Of a DNA stretch of 15,996 nt, positions 1 to 8,410 are shown piece after piece. The stretch's first letter is position 1; every line of letters begins with the position of its first letter. Source of the stretch: a virus. Below the pieces are notes generated by a model. The model was not told where the DNA came from. It searched no databases and saw nothing but the letters and a program-made list of their open reading frames with translations. The position numbers were made by a program, and so were the translations under genes. The DNA is taken from the IMG/VR virus record IMGVR_UViG_3300045988_124588; one strand, given 5' to 3'.

Positions 1-246
1 ACCTTGTCGTAGTTCGCTCCTAGTTTCGCGCGGCGTTCCGCGCCGACGCCGTACTCGCCGCGAATCACGGCGTCGGCGAGGGCGTTGAGGTCCACGCCGT
101 TGGATGCGGCGGGTTTGGCTCCTAGTCGCTGGTTTACGATCTGCTGCACCTTGTCGTAGTTCGCTCCTAGTTTCGCGCGGCGTTCCGCGCCGACGCCGTA
201 CTCGCCGCGAATCACGGCGTCGGCGAGGGCGTTGAGGTCCACGCCG
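1..246. repeat. Tandem 147-bp-period repeat encoding CW_7 modules (49 aa per unit)
   Basis: The 99-bp cores 1..99 and 148..246 are identical base for base. A third copy at 15898..15996 is identical to 124..222. Confidence 0.95.
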
Positions 247-746
247 GCCGTTGACGGCTGGCTTGGCGTGGGCGTGTTCGACGCCGCGCCATGGCGTGCG
301 ATGCGGTCGAGCCTGTCAAGGTCGTAGGTGCCGGGGCATGACGTTGGCCTTGGGGAGAGGTCGCGGTGGCGTTTCAACGGTAGGTCGCCGTAGGTCTTGC
401 GGATGTTGCGGATGAGTTCGCCGATGGTCTGGTAGTCGCCGTCTGACTGGCGGGGGTTGCATTCGATGCTGATGCCCTTATCGTTGCCCATGCTGTTGCA
501 GCCCACTCCGTCGCCGGTGGCCCAGCTGCGGTTGTCGGGGTCTACGATGCAGGCGACGCGGCCGGCTTCGGCGACATAGTTCGCGGATGCGCCGCGTGAC
601 TTACTGCACAGGGTGGAGATAACACCGTTGAAGGTGGGATGCTTGGCGGGGTCGTCCCACCAGTGGATGACGATGCAAGCGATGCCGTATGGGCGGCCTG
701 GCGTGTAGTTGGGGCTGTTGTATTTGGTGATGTACTCGAAGGACAT
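1..746 (-). CDS. Endolysin: N-acetylmuramoyl-L-alanine amidase (Amidase_2/PGRP-like) with C-terminal CW_7 (Cpl-7-type) cell-wall-binding repeats. The 3' part runs off the window and resumes at 15996..15891.
   Basis: My own translation from ATG 746 gives MSFEYITKYNSPNYTPGRPYGIACIVIHWWDD...NDKGISIECNPRQSDGDYQTIGELIRNIRKTYGDLPLKRHRDLSPRPTSCPG. This is the typical Amidase_2 layout. It is followed by repeats VDLNALADAVIRGEYGVGAERRAKLGANYDKVQQIVNQRLG, which resemble the CW_7 consensus. An AAGGAA SD lies upstream. The ORF is absent from the ORF track because it has no in-window stop. Confidence 0.85.
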   Translation of the reverse strand, partial: MSFEYITKYNSPNYTPGRPYGIACIVIHWWDDPAKHPTFNGVISTLCSKSRGASANYVAEAGRVACIVDPDNRSWATGDGVGCNSMGNDKGISIECNPRQSDGDYQTIGELIRNIRKTYGDLPLKRHRDLSPRPTSCPGTYDLDRLDRIARHGAASNTPTPSQPSTAGVDLNALADAVIRGEYGVGAERRAKLGANYDKVQQIVNQRLGAKPAASNGVDLNALADAVIRGEYGVGAERRAKLGANYDK

Positions 747-757
747 GGTAGGTTCCT

Positions 758-1114
758 TTACTTGTTGGGGTTGGTTTTGTTGGTGTGGAAAAGGTCTAGT
801 ACAGGGCTGTCGGCCAGTTCGGGGTTGATTTCCACGAGGTTTTCGAGGATGCTGGTTATTTCGGTGAGGGATATCCAGATGCACGCGGCGGTGGCGATGG
901 GCACGCTGAAGCCGAGATCGATGTGCTGTTGCGCGAAGTCGATCAGGACGCCGAGGCTTACCGCGAAGATGTAGGTGGCTTTGTGCCATAGGCCGGTTCT
1001 CATTTTCTCGCTGTTGATGTCGTGCGCGGCGATGGCTTTGGCCACGCCTGTGATGTAGTCGCCCACGATGAGTGTGAGGGTGACGATCATTGCGATTGCC
1101 TGTGTTTTGTCCAT
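758..1114 (-). CDS. Holin (phage_holin_4 / LL-H-type family)
   Basis: 118 aa with hydrophobic segments and the motif LTEITSILENL, typical of this holin family. It lies directly upstream of the lysin, and GAAAGGAAA precedes the ATG. Confidence 0.8.
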   Translation of the reverse strand: MDKTQAIAMIVTLTLIVGDYITGVAKAIAAHDINSEKMRTGLWHKATYIFAVSLGVLIDFAQQHIDLGFSVPIATAACIWISLTEITSILENLVEINPELADSPVLDLFHTNKTNPNK

Positions 1115-1127
1115 TTGGTTTTCCTTT

Positions 1128-1979
1128 CTATTGTGCCTGCACTGCCAGCAGGTCGATGAGGGTTATGGCCACGGGTGACAGATAGGTGAGGTCTATCGGT
1201 ATTGAAACTGTCCTGGTGGAGGTCAGCCACAAATAGAGGGTATTGTCGACTGTTTGGGTCGTGAACATGAATTCGTCGGCGCTGTAGGTAAGCCCGTAGT
1301 CGAAACTGATTCGCGCGACGATCTGGCTTGCTTTGATTTCGGCTGAGCCGAGGTAGATGCTTTGCTGGTTGGCGAGGGCTCCGGTTTTGCCGTGCGTGAT
1401 GGTGATTCTGGTCAGGGGGAACGGTGAGAGGGTTAGAGGGTTGTCGGCGGCCCCGGTGCCCTTGATGCCCTGCCCGGTGGCGAACGTGGCGGGCGCGCCG
1501 TCGCGGCCGCGCGGCAGTGTGAGGTCCAGTGTCTGGTCGCCGTGTGCGTCGGTGGTGAGGCTGCCCGTCGCCGGTTGGGTGCTGTCCACGCTGGTGATCT
1601 TGCCGAGAGTGAGGCGGCGTTGACGGGGAAGGCCCAGACGAAGGCTGTAATCGCCGTGTTCGTCGGTGCCGGTTGCGGCGGTAGGGGACTGTGCCGGGTC
1701 GAGCTGTTCGCTGGTGACGCCCTTGATTCGCGGGGCGCGGGGGATTCCGAGATTCAGGGTTCTCGGCCCGTTGAACGTTTCGGAGGCGGTGTAGGCCGCC
1801 GTGGGCTGTTGGTTGGGGTCGAGTTGTTTGGCCACGGCGTAGGTGATCGGCGGCTTGTTGGCGATTTTCCCCACGGCCGTGTCGATGCTTTCGGCCATGG
1901 CCTGCATCTGCGCGGGCGCTTGGTTGATGCTGTCGCCTGAGTCCGGGTAGGTGATGCCCCAGGGTTGCGTCTTTTTCAT
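1128..1979 (-). CDS. Tail fibre / receptor-binding protein candidate (283 aa)
   Basis: ATG 1979 overlaps the upstream stop (ATGA). It is the last structural gene before the lysis cassette. It contains three ~33-aa internal repeats (QLDPxQxPTA...G...L.L.LPR). The track ORF start at 2162 is an Arg/His-rich out-of-context extension. Confidence 0.55.
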   Translation of the reverse strand: MKKTQPWGITYPDSGDSINQAPAQMQAMAESIDTAVGKIANKPPITYAVAKQLDPNQQPTAAYTASETFNGPRTLNLGIPRAPRIKGVTSEQLDPAQSPTAATGTDEHGDYSLRLGLPRQRRLTLGKITSVDSTQPATGSLTTDAHGDQTLDLTLPRGRDGAPATFATGQGIKGTGAADNPLTLSPFPLTRITITHGKTGALANQQSIYLGSAEIKASQIVARISFDYGLTYSADEFMFTTQTVDNTLYLWLTSTRTVSIPIDLTYLSPVAITLIDLLAVQAQ

Positions 1980-3451
1980 TGCTGCTCCTTTGTGGTGATC
2001 GGTATGAGGTTTGGTGTCTGCGTCCAGATTCCGCGGCCGTCGGCGACCTTGTACGCGAGTGTGCCGCCGATCATCCACCAGCACCCCTCGACGGGGTTTA
2101 TGCCGGTGTCGTCGGTCAGGGCGGAGTAAATGGTGTTGTGGATGCGGATGGGTTTGGCCCATGTGTCAAAAAGCTGCGAGTGGCTGGAATGGCTCATGTG
2201 GCGTGTGTCGAAGATGATGCCGTCCGGCATGAGCCTTCGGCATTGTTCGACGGTGCTTTGGTTGAGCTTTCTTCGTGTGGGTTCCGGGTCGAACACTTCC
2301 AGGTATCCGAAGGTTTCGGCGGTTTCCTTGGAGAGTGCGAAGATGAAGTCGGTTTCTATGGTTTCGCTTTTCTCGCCGGCCACGAGGGTGGCTGGCAAGA
2401 GGTCGCCTGCGGTTATAGTGCGTTCCGATTGCACGTATTCCGGTTCATAGATTCCGTCGTCGTTCAATTCGTGCTTGTCGAGGATCGCGCCGGTGATGGT
2501 GTACCGGTCGAATGGTTCCGGGATGTCGGCGGTCTGGTCTGATACGATCTCGCGGCCGGTGACGGTCAACGCCTGGTAGTCTTCGGCGTCGAGCAGCGGG
2601 TAGCCGCAGTAGGGGTCTGCCACGGTGAAGCCCGTGGCGGTCAGGGTCGCGGTGGCGTTCAATCGAACTGGGACAAGCTCATTGCCGTTTGAGTATGAGT
2701 TGCGTATGCGGTTCGTGAATCGGAGCAGCGTCCCGTCCTTCATCAGCGTGTAGCTTTTTGCCAGCAGCGTGGCCATTGATGGGTATGAGCCGAGTTTGAC
2801 GTGCTGGTGGTAGTCCGCGCCGTTGGCGAGCAGGTAGTTTTTCGTGTATGCCTGGAATATGGGCATGGCGGCCGAATTGGCGAGGTAGTCCGTTATGGCG
2901 TTGGTGCGTGAGAGCGAGTTCATGCCCCAGTTGTATCCGTCGCCGGTCGTCCGGTTATTGCCGAGGCGGGCGCGTTTGAGGTTGACCATGTCGCTCGTGA
3001 CGGTCGCGCCGATCACCCAACCGTTTTCGGTGCGCGTGACGGTGCCGCCCGCGTTCATGCGGCCTTTGAACAGCACGGGGCTGCTGTAATCGTAGTCTTT
3101 TTTGCCGTCCAGCACCCATTCGCCGAAATCGCCCCATGTGCCCGGCATGGTGCCCCATGTCTTTCCGACGCGGGAAAGGTCGCCCCATGTCGGCTCGCCG
3201 CCGAGCGTTACGGTCACGATGGTGCCGGCGAGTCTCGTGATGTCCTTCAGATACCAGCCGTGCCGGTCGAGTATTTCGAGTTTCATAACGTCGGGTTCCG
3301 GCGCTTCGAGTGGTTCTGATCCGCCCCATTCGATACGGAAACCGTTGATCGCCATGAGGGCGTCCAGCTGGTTCGCTTGTTGGTTGGTGGTGATTTCCTT
3401 CGGGCCGAATTCGTTGCCGTCCCAGTCGAGGTAGATGTGTGGTTTCCTCAT
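1976..3451 (-). CDS. Minor tail protein (distal tail / tail-tip, 491 aa)
   Basis: ATG 3451 overlaps the TMP stop (ATGA), and the gene lies immediately downstream of the tape measure. I recognise no enzymatic motif. The track ORF start at 3793 lies inside the TMP gene. Confidence 0.6.
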   Translation of the reverse strand: MRKPHIYLDWDGNEFGPKEITTNQQANQLDALMAINGFRIEWGGSEPLEAPEPDVMKLEILDRHGWYLKDITRLAGTIVTVTLGGEPTWGDLSRVGKTWGTMPGTWGDFGEWVLDGKKDYDYSSPVLFKGRMNAGGTVTRTENGWVIGATVTSDMVNLKRARLGNNRTTGDGYNWGMNSLSRTNAITDYLANSAAMPIFQAYTKNYLLANGADYHQHVKLGSYPSMATLLAKSYTLMKDGTLLRFTNRIRNSYSNGNELVPVRLNATATLTATGFTVADPYCGYPLLDAEDYQALTVTGREIVSDQTADIPEPFDRYTITGAILDKHELNDDGIYEPEYVQSERTITAGDLLPATLVAGEKSETIETDFIFALSKETAETFGYLEVFDPEPTRRKLNQSTVEQCRRLMPDGIIFDTRHMSHSSHSQLFDTWAKPIRIHNTIYSALTDDTGINPVEGCWWMIGGTLAYKVADGRGIWTQTPNLIPITTKEQQ

Positions 3452-5373
3452 CGTCTGCTCTTTTCCCTGCGCTCTATGAGCCTGATGATCTGTTTGGCGG
3501 TCGCGTCCGGGTCGGTGACGATGCCGGAGACGGTTATCTCGTACTTGTTGACGACGGTGGAGCCGGAGACGCCGGCCATGCCGATGGCGAGGCTGGTTGA
3601 CGCCAGACGCCGGTTGACGGTGCCTATCGTGCCGCGCACGGTCGAGTCGAAGCCGGATTGCAGCCCCTGCGCGAAGCCCGTCATGATGGCATTGCCGGCC
3701 GGCACCAGCAGCCGCCGGTCGTAGCTGATCGGGCCCTTGTGGGCCTTGATCCAGTCGCCGATGCCGCCGATCCAGCCGGTCACTTTGTTCCAAGCGCTCT
3801 TAAGTCCTTTAAGGAAACCGTCAATGATGCTTTTCCCCGCGTCGGCCAGCAGATTCCCCACGTTTCCGATGGCGTCTAGGATGCGGCCGGGCAAGCCCTT
3901 GAACCAATCCACGACGCTGTTCCACGTGTTCCTCGCACCGTCAGCCGCGCTCTGGAAGAACGCGCCGATACGGCCCGGCAACGACTGGAAGAACGCGATT
4001 ATATTGTTCACGCAATTGCCCAGGAACGCGGTGAACCGGCTCCATATCTGCCGGCCCGTCTCGGTCTGGGTGAAGAACCACGCCAACGCCGACACAAGAG
4101 CGCCTATCGCGGTGACCACGATCATGATGGGGTTGGCGTTCATTGCGGCGTTCAACGCCCACTGGCCGATTGACGCGGCCTCAGCCGCCAGATTGAAGCC
4201 CTGCAACGCGGATACCACGGCGCTGATGACGCCGGCCACCTTGAACGCGGCGAAACCTCCGCCGATGGCGATAAGCGCGCCGCTGATGGGTTCCGCGTTG
4301 GCGCTTACCCAATCGCCGAACTGTGTGAGCTTGTCCGCTAGCGCTTGGATGATTCCGGCCGCGTCGTTGAACGCCTCGCCCACCGTGGTGCCGATGCCGC
4401 CAGCGTCGGATAAGCCTTGCAAGCCCGGCGCTATCGTCGTGGCGATGCTGGCGAACGCGCCGCCCAACGCGGATAGCGCGTTGCCAATGCTCGATACCAT
4501 GTCGGAAAACGCTTGGAGCGCTCCCGTGTCACTTATTCCCTGGATGAACTGTTGCAAGCCGTTGGTGGCGTTCTGGCTGAACTGGCTGATCTGATTGCCC
4601 GCTTCGGTCAACGCGCCAGTGACGGCCGGCTTTATGAGGTCGAAAGCGTCCGTAAGCCCGCCGGTGATAGCGGCCTCCAAGTTGCCTAGAGCTCCCTCCA
4701 TGGTCTTGGTGCTGCTGGCGGCTTCCTTGGCCACGTCGCTCATACCGAGCTGCATAATCGCTTGGTTGAACTCGGCGGCGCTGATTTCACCCTTTTCCAT
4801 CGCGTCGCGGAAATTGCCGGTGTACGCGCCGTTGGCCTTCATGGCCTTCTGGAGCTTGCCGGACGCGCCTGGGATGGCGTCGGCCATCTGGTTCCAGTTC
4901 TCGGTGGTGAGCTTGCCCGCGCCGGCGGTCTGGGTGAGCACCATGGCCACCGATCTGAACGTGTCGGCGTTGCCGCCGGCCACGGCGTTCAGGTTGCCGG
5001 CCGCTTCGGTCAGGCCGGTGTAATCGCCGATGCCGTTGGCGGCCAGCTGCGCCGTCGTGTTCTGGATGGTGGACAGATCGTATACGGTGCGGTCGGCGTA
5101 ATCGCGCGCCGCCTTGGATGCTTTTTCGACGTTGCTTGTGTCGATGCCGGCGAAGTTCATCGTGGAAACAAATTTGTCGGTGCTGTCGCTCATGTTCATC
5201 ACGGCGCTGCCGAACGAACTCACCTTGTCCCATAGGGCGGTGACTCCCTTGAGTGCCGCGCCGCCCATGAACGAGCCGAACGCCGCCGCCTTGCTGGTGG
5301 CTTTCTGGAACGCCTTCACGGCGTCGTCGCTGTTGCCCGTGATTCTCACGGACATTATCGCGCTATGAGCCAT
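3448..5373 (-). CDS. Tape measure protein (641 aa)
   Basis: Ala/Gly-rich helical protein with a hydrophobic central block. The C-terminal region ([53 protein letters not shown]) is typical of TMPs. The gene follows the G/G-T chaperone pair, and GGAGGAAG precedes the ATG. Confidence 0.9.
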   Translation of the reverse strand: MAHSAIMSVRITGNSDDAVKAFQKATSKAAAFGSFMGGAALKGVTALWDKVSSFGSAVMNMSDSTDKFVSTMNFAGIDTSNVEKASKAARDYADRTVYDLSTIQNTTAQLAANGIGDYTGLTEAAGNLNAVAGGNADTFRSVAMVLTQTAGAGKLTTENWNQMADAIPGASGKLQKAMKANGAYTGNFRDAMEKGEISAAEFNQAIMQLGMSDVAKEAASSTKTMEGALGNLEAAITGGLTDAFDLIKPAVTGALTEAGNQISQFSQNATNGLQQFIQGISDTGALQAFSDMVSSIGNALSALGGAFASIATTIAPGLQGLSDAGGIGTTVGEAFNDAAGIIQALADKLTQFGDWVSANAEPISGALIAIGGGFAAFKVAGVISAVVSALQGFNLAAEAASIGQWALNAAMNANPIMIVVTAIGALVSALAWFFTQTETGRQIWSRFTAFLGNCVNNIIAFFQSLPGRIGAFFQSAADGARNTWNSVVDWFKGLPGRILDAIGNVGNLLADAGKSIIDGFLKGLKSAWNKVTGWIGGIGDWIKAHKGPISYDRRLLVPAGNAIMTGFAQGLQSGFDSTVRGTIGTVNRRLASTSLAIGMAGVSGSTVVNKYEITVSGIVTDPDATAKQIIRLIERREKSRR

Positions 5374-5805
5374 TTTCAGCTTCCTCCAGTTCCTCGGCTT
5401 CCTGCATCAGGATTTCCACGCACGTGCCCCAATCAAGCTCGCTGGCCTCCTCTCGCCACTGCCATGGCGTGCCGCCGAAGTTGCGGGCGAGCACGCACGA
5501 GAGGCGGCCGAGCGAGTCGTCAGGCCATGCGGCTAGACGGTAGGGTTTCCGGTTTCCTCCTCTTCGTGCTTGAGAGGGGTCACGTTGTCCACGGTGTCCA
5601 GCCACTCTTCGTACTTCAGTTCGGTGAGCTGCTTCAATCGCACGGCGATGTAGGCCGCGTAGAACGTCATGCGAATCTGGCTCGCCTCGCCCGGCTTCCA
5701 GCCGGCCAGCTGCGCGTGCTCCTCCATTCTCGTCAGCACGGCCGGTGACTGGGTGCGCACCTCGTCCACATGCCCGTCGGTGTAGGTGATTTTCATATCG
5801 TTCAT
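5363..5805 (-). CDS. Tail assembly chaperone G-T fusion made by -1 programmed frameshift
   Basis: The -1 frame ORF (…[61 protein letters not shown]) has no credible own start. It overlaps the 3' end of G and ends 11 nt inside the TMP start. A slippery heptamer lies in the overlap. Confidence 0.65.
5533..5805 (-). CDS. Tail assembly chaperone (gpG-like, 90 aa)
   Basis: ATG 5805 is preceded by AAGGGAG. The small acidic-tailed protein lies directly upstream of the TMP, and an overlapping -1-frame ORF extends it. Confidence 0.7.
   Translation of the reverse strand: MNDMKITYTDGHVDEVRTQSPAVLTRMEEHAQLAGWKPGEASQIRMTFYAAYIAVRLKQLTELKYEEWLDTVDNVTPLKHEEEETGNPTV
5542..5548 (-). promoter_or_regulatory. 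-1 ribosomal frameshift slippery heptamer A_AAC_CCT
   Basis: The minus-strand sequence is GGA AAC CCT ACC GTC TAG in the G frame. A AAC CCT fits X_XXY_YYZ, and slipping gives AAA CCC TAC CGT in the T frame. It lies 3 codons before the G stop. Confidence 0.6.
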
Positions 5806-5807
5806 GG

Positions 5808-6191
5808 TTATGCTCCCTTGATCTGCTTCAATGTTTGTTCGATGAACCGCTTGTAGGGGCGTTGCCACATGCTCTCGCTTGAGGCGACGCCATTGTTGAC
5901 GAACAGGCGTGGTCTGATGCCGCGCGCGGGCCAACCGTAGTTGATGACGCCAGCGTAGGGCACCGTCTTTCGGCCGGCGCGTATCACGCCGGCCTTCATG
6001 GTCGCCCCGACGCGCACGCTCTGCTTGAGGTGTCCGGTATTGCCGACGGGCACGAGCGGCAGCACGCTACGCAAAGCGATGTCGGCGGCCTCACGGTTGA
6101 CGCCCTTCAACGCCTGCATGTCCGCGCCGGCCTTGCGCATGGTCTGCACGAACCGTTTCTGCCCGACCACATAGGCCGCCTTGTCCGTCAC
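5808..6191 (-). CDS. HK97 gp10-family head-tail joining / tail completion protein (127 aa)
   Basis: The motif LPLVPVGNTGHLKQSVRVG...VPYAGVINYGWPARGI matches the gp10-family pattern (P-x-TG-x-L-x-S ... Y-A-x-x-x-x-G). The GTG start overlaps the upstream stop (GTGA). Confidence 0.65.
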   Translation of the reverse strand: MTDKAAYVVGQKRFVQTMRKAGADMQALKGVNREAADIALRSVLPLVPVGNTGHLKQSVRVGATMKAGVIRAGRKTVPYAGVINYGWPARGIRPRLFVNNGVASSESMWQRPYKRFIEQTLKQIKGA

Positions 6192-6610
6192 TGGGAGACC
6201 GAATGGGTGTAAGGCTCGTGCTGGAGGTTGGTGACGGGGAAGCTGAAATCGTTCGTGTTCTTGCTCTTCACGTCACCGCCCATGCTCACGGGGCTGATTT
6301 CCACGTTTCCGGTCCACTTGATTCCGCCCTTGATGTTCGGGACGAACTCGAACGGCAGCGTCTCGCTCGCGTGGTCGAAGCACCACAGGCTCAGCGAGTT
6401 CGAGCCGAAGTCGTCGCCGATGGTGCCTTCGAGCGTCCAAGTGGTCGTCGTGCTGGTCTCCTGCGAACCGTCGAGGAAGTTCACCGGATCCTCGCTGCTG
6501 TTCGACGCGACCAGCTGCGCCTTGATGACGTCGCCGCTGAAGTCACGCGCGTTTGTCGTGTCGGTGATGTTCAGCTTGCCCGCGCCGAGAGTGCGGATCT
6601 TGGTTGCCAT
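6188..6610 (-). CDS. Major tail protein candidate (140 aa)
   Basis: A strong AGGAGGAA SD is present. The small Ser/Thr/Gly-rich beta-type protein is the only candidate between the connector genes and the chaperones. The call rests mainly on position and composition. Confidence 0.6.
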   Translation of the reverse strand: MATKIRTLGAGKLNITDTTNARDFSGDVIKAQLVASNSSEDPVNFLDGSQETSTTTTWTLEGTIGDDFGSNSLSLWCFDHASETLPFEFVPNIKGGIKWTGNVEISPVSMGGDVKSKNTNDFSFPVTNLQHEPYTHSVSQ

Positions 6611-6613
6611 GAT

Positions 6614-6997
6614 TTATTCCTCCTGTATGTCCAATGGGTTGAGTGTGATCTGGTAGCTCGCCAGCGTGCCCGCACCCGCAAGGGAAAACGTGACGGGGCG
6701 CGCGGTGGCGATGTTCAGGCCGGCTTCGGCCAAAAGGCCGATGGCCTTGGTGATGGGGTCGAACGCGCCGGCCTGCGTCGCGGGCGTGCCGGCCAAGAGG
6801 TCGAGACGCCATGTGCATTCGGGTCTGTCGCCCCACACGGGGTAATCGATGTCAGGGGGCTCGATGAACACGGCCACCATGCCAGGCAGCGGCCGGGCCT
6901 TGGCCACGTCGCCGGTGACGAACGAACCGATCTCGCCCAGCGCGGCCTCCACCATGCCGGCAAGCTCCTGGCGTTCCGTGGCTATCCGGTCGCTCAT
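6614..6997 (-). CDS. Head-tail joining protein (stopper or tail-terminator-like, 127 aa)
   Basis: ATG 6997 overlaps the upstream stop (ATGA). Size and position lie between the adaptor and the major tail protein. The track ORF start at 7168 is an Arg-rich extension overlapping the upstream gene. Confidence 0.45.
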   Translation of the reverse strand: MSDRIATERQELAGMVEAALGEIGSFVTGDVAKARPLPGMVAVFIEPPDIDYPVWGDRPECTWRLDLLAGTPATQAGAFDPITKAIGLLAEAGLNIATARPVTFSLAGAGTLASYQITLNPLDIQEE

Positions 6998-7326
6998 GCG
7001 ATCACCACGCTCCCTGTGAGCACGCCGGCGGCGTTGAGCTTCGGCCATACGCTGCGCAACGGGTCGGTGCTGACCCTGAACGGCTCCAAAGTGCCGTCGC
7101 CCACGCTCATGACGCCAAGTCTGGCGTCGCGGCTGTTGTAGAGGTCGGCGGCGCAGGAGGTCACGCAATCCGTCATGACCTCCTGCCCCACTGTTTGGCC
7201 TCCCAACGCGCCGTTGACGTAGCCGATGGCCGCTTGAATGGCGCGGCGCACGCGCTCGTCGTCGCCGGATGGCACGTTGATTTCGTCCCTCACCGGCTGC
7301 TCGTAGGCCGTCCAGTCGTCGGCCAT
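6994..7326 (-). CDS. Head-tail connector / adaptor (gp6-like, 110 aa)
   Basis: It starts 1 nt after the capsid gene stop. The N-terminal ...DDERVRRAIQAAIGYVNGALG pattern is typical of gp6-like head-tail connectors. Confidence 0.6.
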   Translation of the reverse strand: MADDWTAYEQPVRDEINVPSGDDERVRRAIQAAIGYVNGALGGQTVGQEVMTDCVTSCAADLYNSRDARLGVMSVGDGTLEPFRVSTDPLRSVWPKLNAAGVLTGSVVIA

Positions 7327-7327
7327 G

Positions 7328-8410
7328 TCACACGCTTTCCGACGTTGCGTCGAACTTGACGGGGATGAGTCCGAGCGGGTGCGTGGCCGCCACGGCCATG
7401 TAGCCGTAGACCGAATAGTTTTCGGTGAGTTTGGTCGGGTCGCCGTCTGAGAGTTGTGTCGGGCCGCCCGACTCCCACACGGTCACGGCCTCCGGGTCGA
7501 TGAAGCAAGCGGTGCCGGCCGGGGCCTTGGGCAGCATCTGCACCGGCACACGCAGGAACTTTCCCGCGATGCCCGTTAGGTCGAAGTCGCCCAGCGTGTC
7601 CGAGCCGTCGCCGGAGAGGTCGAAGAAACGGCTGCCGGTGTCCTTGAGCTTGATCAGTGCGGCCATGACGTCCTTGGATACGCCCAGGCGGGTCAGGCTC
7701 ACGTTGCGGTCGTCGGCCAGTTCGGCGGCGTCCATGATCAGCCCGGCCCACTGGTCGATGTTCATGGCCGTGAGCGCGGCGGGCGCGTCGATTTTGTTCG
7801 CATCCTTCGCCGCGTCGCGCTGCGCGGCGATGGTGTCGTAAAGATACTTGCGCACGGCGTTTTCGGTGGCCTTGGCGTATGCGTTTCGCAAAGCCGCAAG
7901 CGCGGTGTTGAGCATGGGCGTGGTGCTGCGCTCGATGGTCTGGCGGCTCAGGGTCGTGTAGCCGCCATAGGTGCTGATGGCCGCGCTCTTCGTTCCGAAC
8001 TTGACCTTGCCGAACTGGAGATCGCCGCCCTCCGCCGCCTGCTGGGCCACCGCTGTAGTGTCGTCCGCAACCACGTTGTATTCCATCGTCATGCCCTTGT
8101 CGGGTAGGGTGTCGTGGGTCAGGATGTTCGTGACCTTGCGGCGCTGCTCGATCAGCCGCAGATCATCCCTAATCCATGCGACCTTGTTCCCGGTGTCGCC
8201 GGTGGAGATCAGGTCGCGGCACTCGTGCATCAGCTGCACGGCCTCCTGGTCGCCACGGTAGAGCGCCTGGAGATAGTCGCCCGCCGTCCGGTACTCGCTT
8301 CCCATGATCTTGGCCGGCTCATGGTTGCCCGTCTTGGCGATTGCGGCCTTGAGACTGCGCTGCTCGTCCATGATGCCGTTCAGCTTCTCGGTGATTTCGT
8401 CATTGTCCAT
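7328..8410 (-). CDS. Possible nested in-frame product: capsid protein alone (delta region + MCP, 360 aa) from an internal start
   Basis: ATG 8410 (MDNDEITEKLNGIMDEQRSLKAAI...) is preceded by AGAAAGGAACCAGC. This is the same SD type used by the holin and lysin genes, and it lies exactly at the protease/capsid domain boundary. Confidence 0.35.
   Translation of the reverse strand: MDNDEITEKLNGIMDEQRSLKAAIAKTGNHEPAKIMGSEYRTAGDYLQALYRGDQEAVQLMHECRDLISTGDTGNKVAWIRDDLRLIEQRRKVTNILTHDTLPDKGMTMEYNVVADDTTAVAQQAAEGGDLQFGKVKFGTKSAAISTYGGYTTLSRQTIERSTTPMLNTALAALRNAYAKATENAVRKYLYDTIAAQRDAAKDANKIDAPAALTAMNIDQWAGLIMDAAELADDRNVSLTRLGVSKDVMAALIKLKDTGSRFFDLSGDGSDTLGDFDLTGIAGKFLRVPVQMLPKAPAGTACFIDPEAVTVWESGGPTQLSDGDPTKLTENYSVYGYMAVAATHPLGLIPVKFDATSESV

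Noticed and set aside
3737-4594. Long plus-strand ORFs antisense to the structural genes (for example 3737..4594, 6203..7141, 8114..8959, 8850..9914, 10336..11025, 11026..11871)
   Set aside because: They lie entirely within well-supported minus-strand genes, have Arg/Ala/Pro/Gly-skewed low-complexity composition and lack SD sequences. Long spurious ORFs of this kind are expected on the antisense strand of ~60% GC coding DNA.
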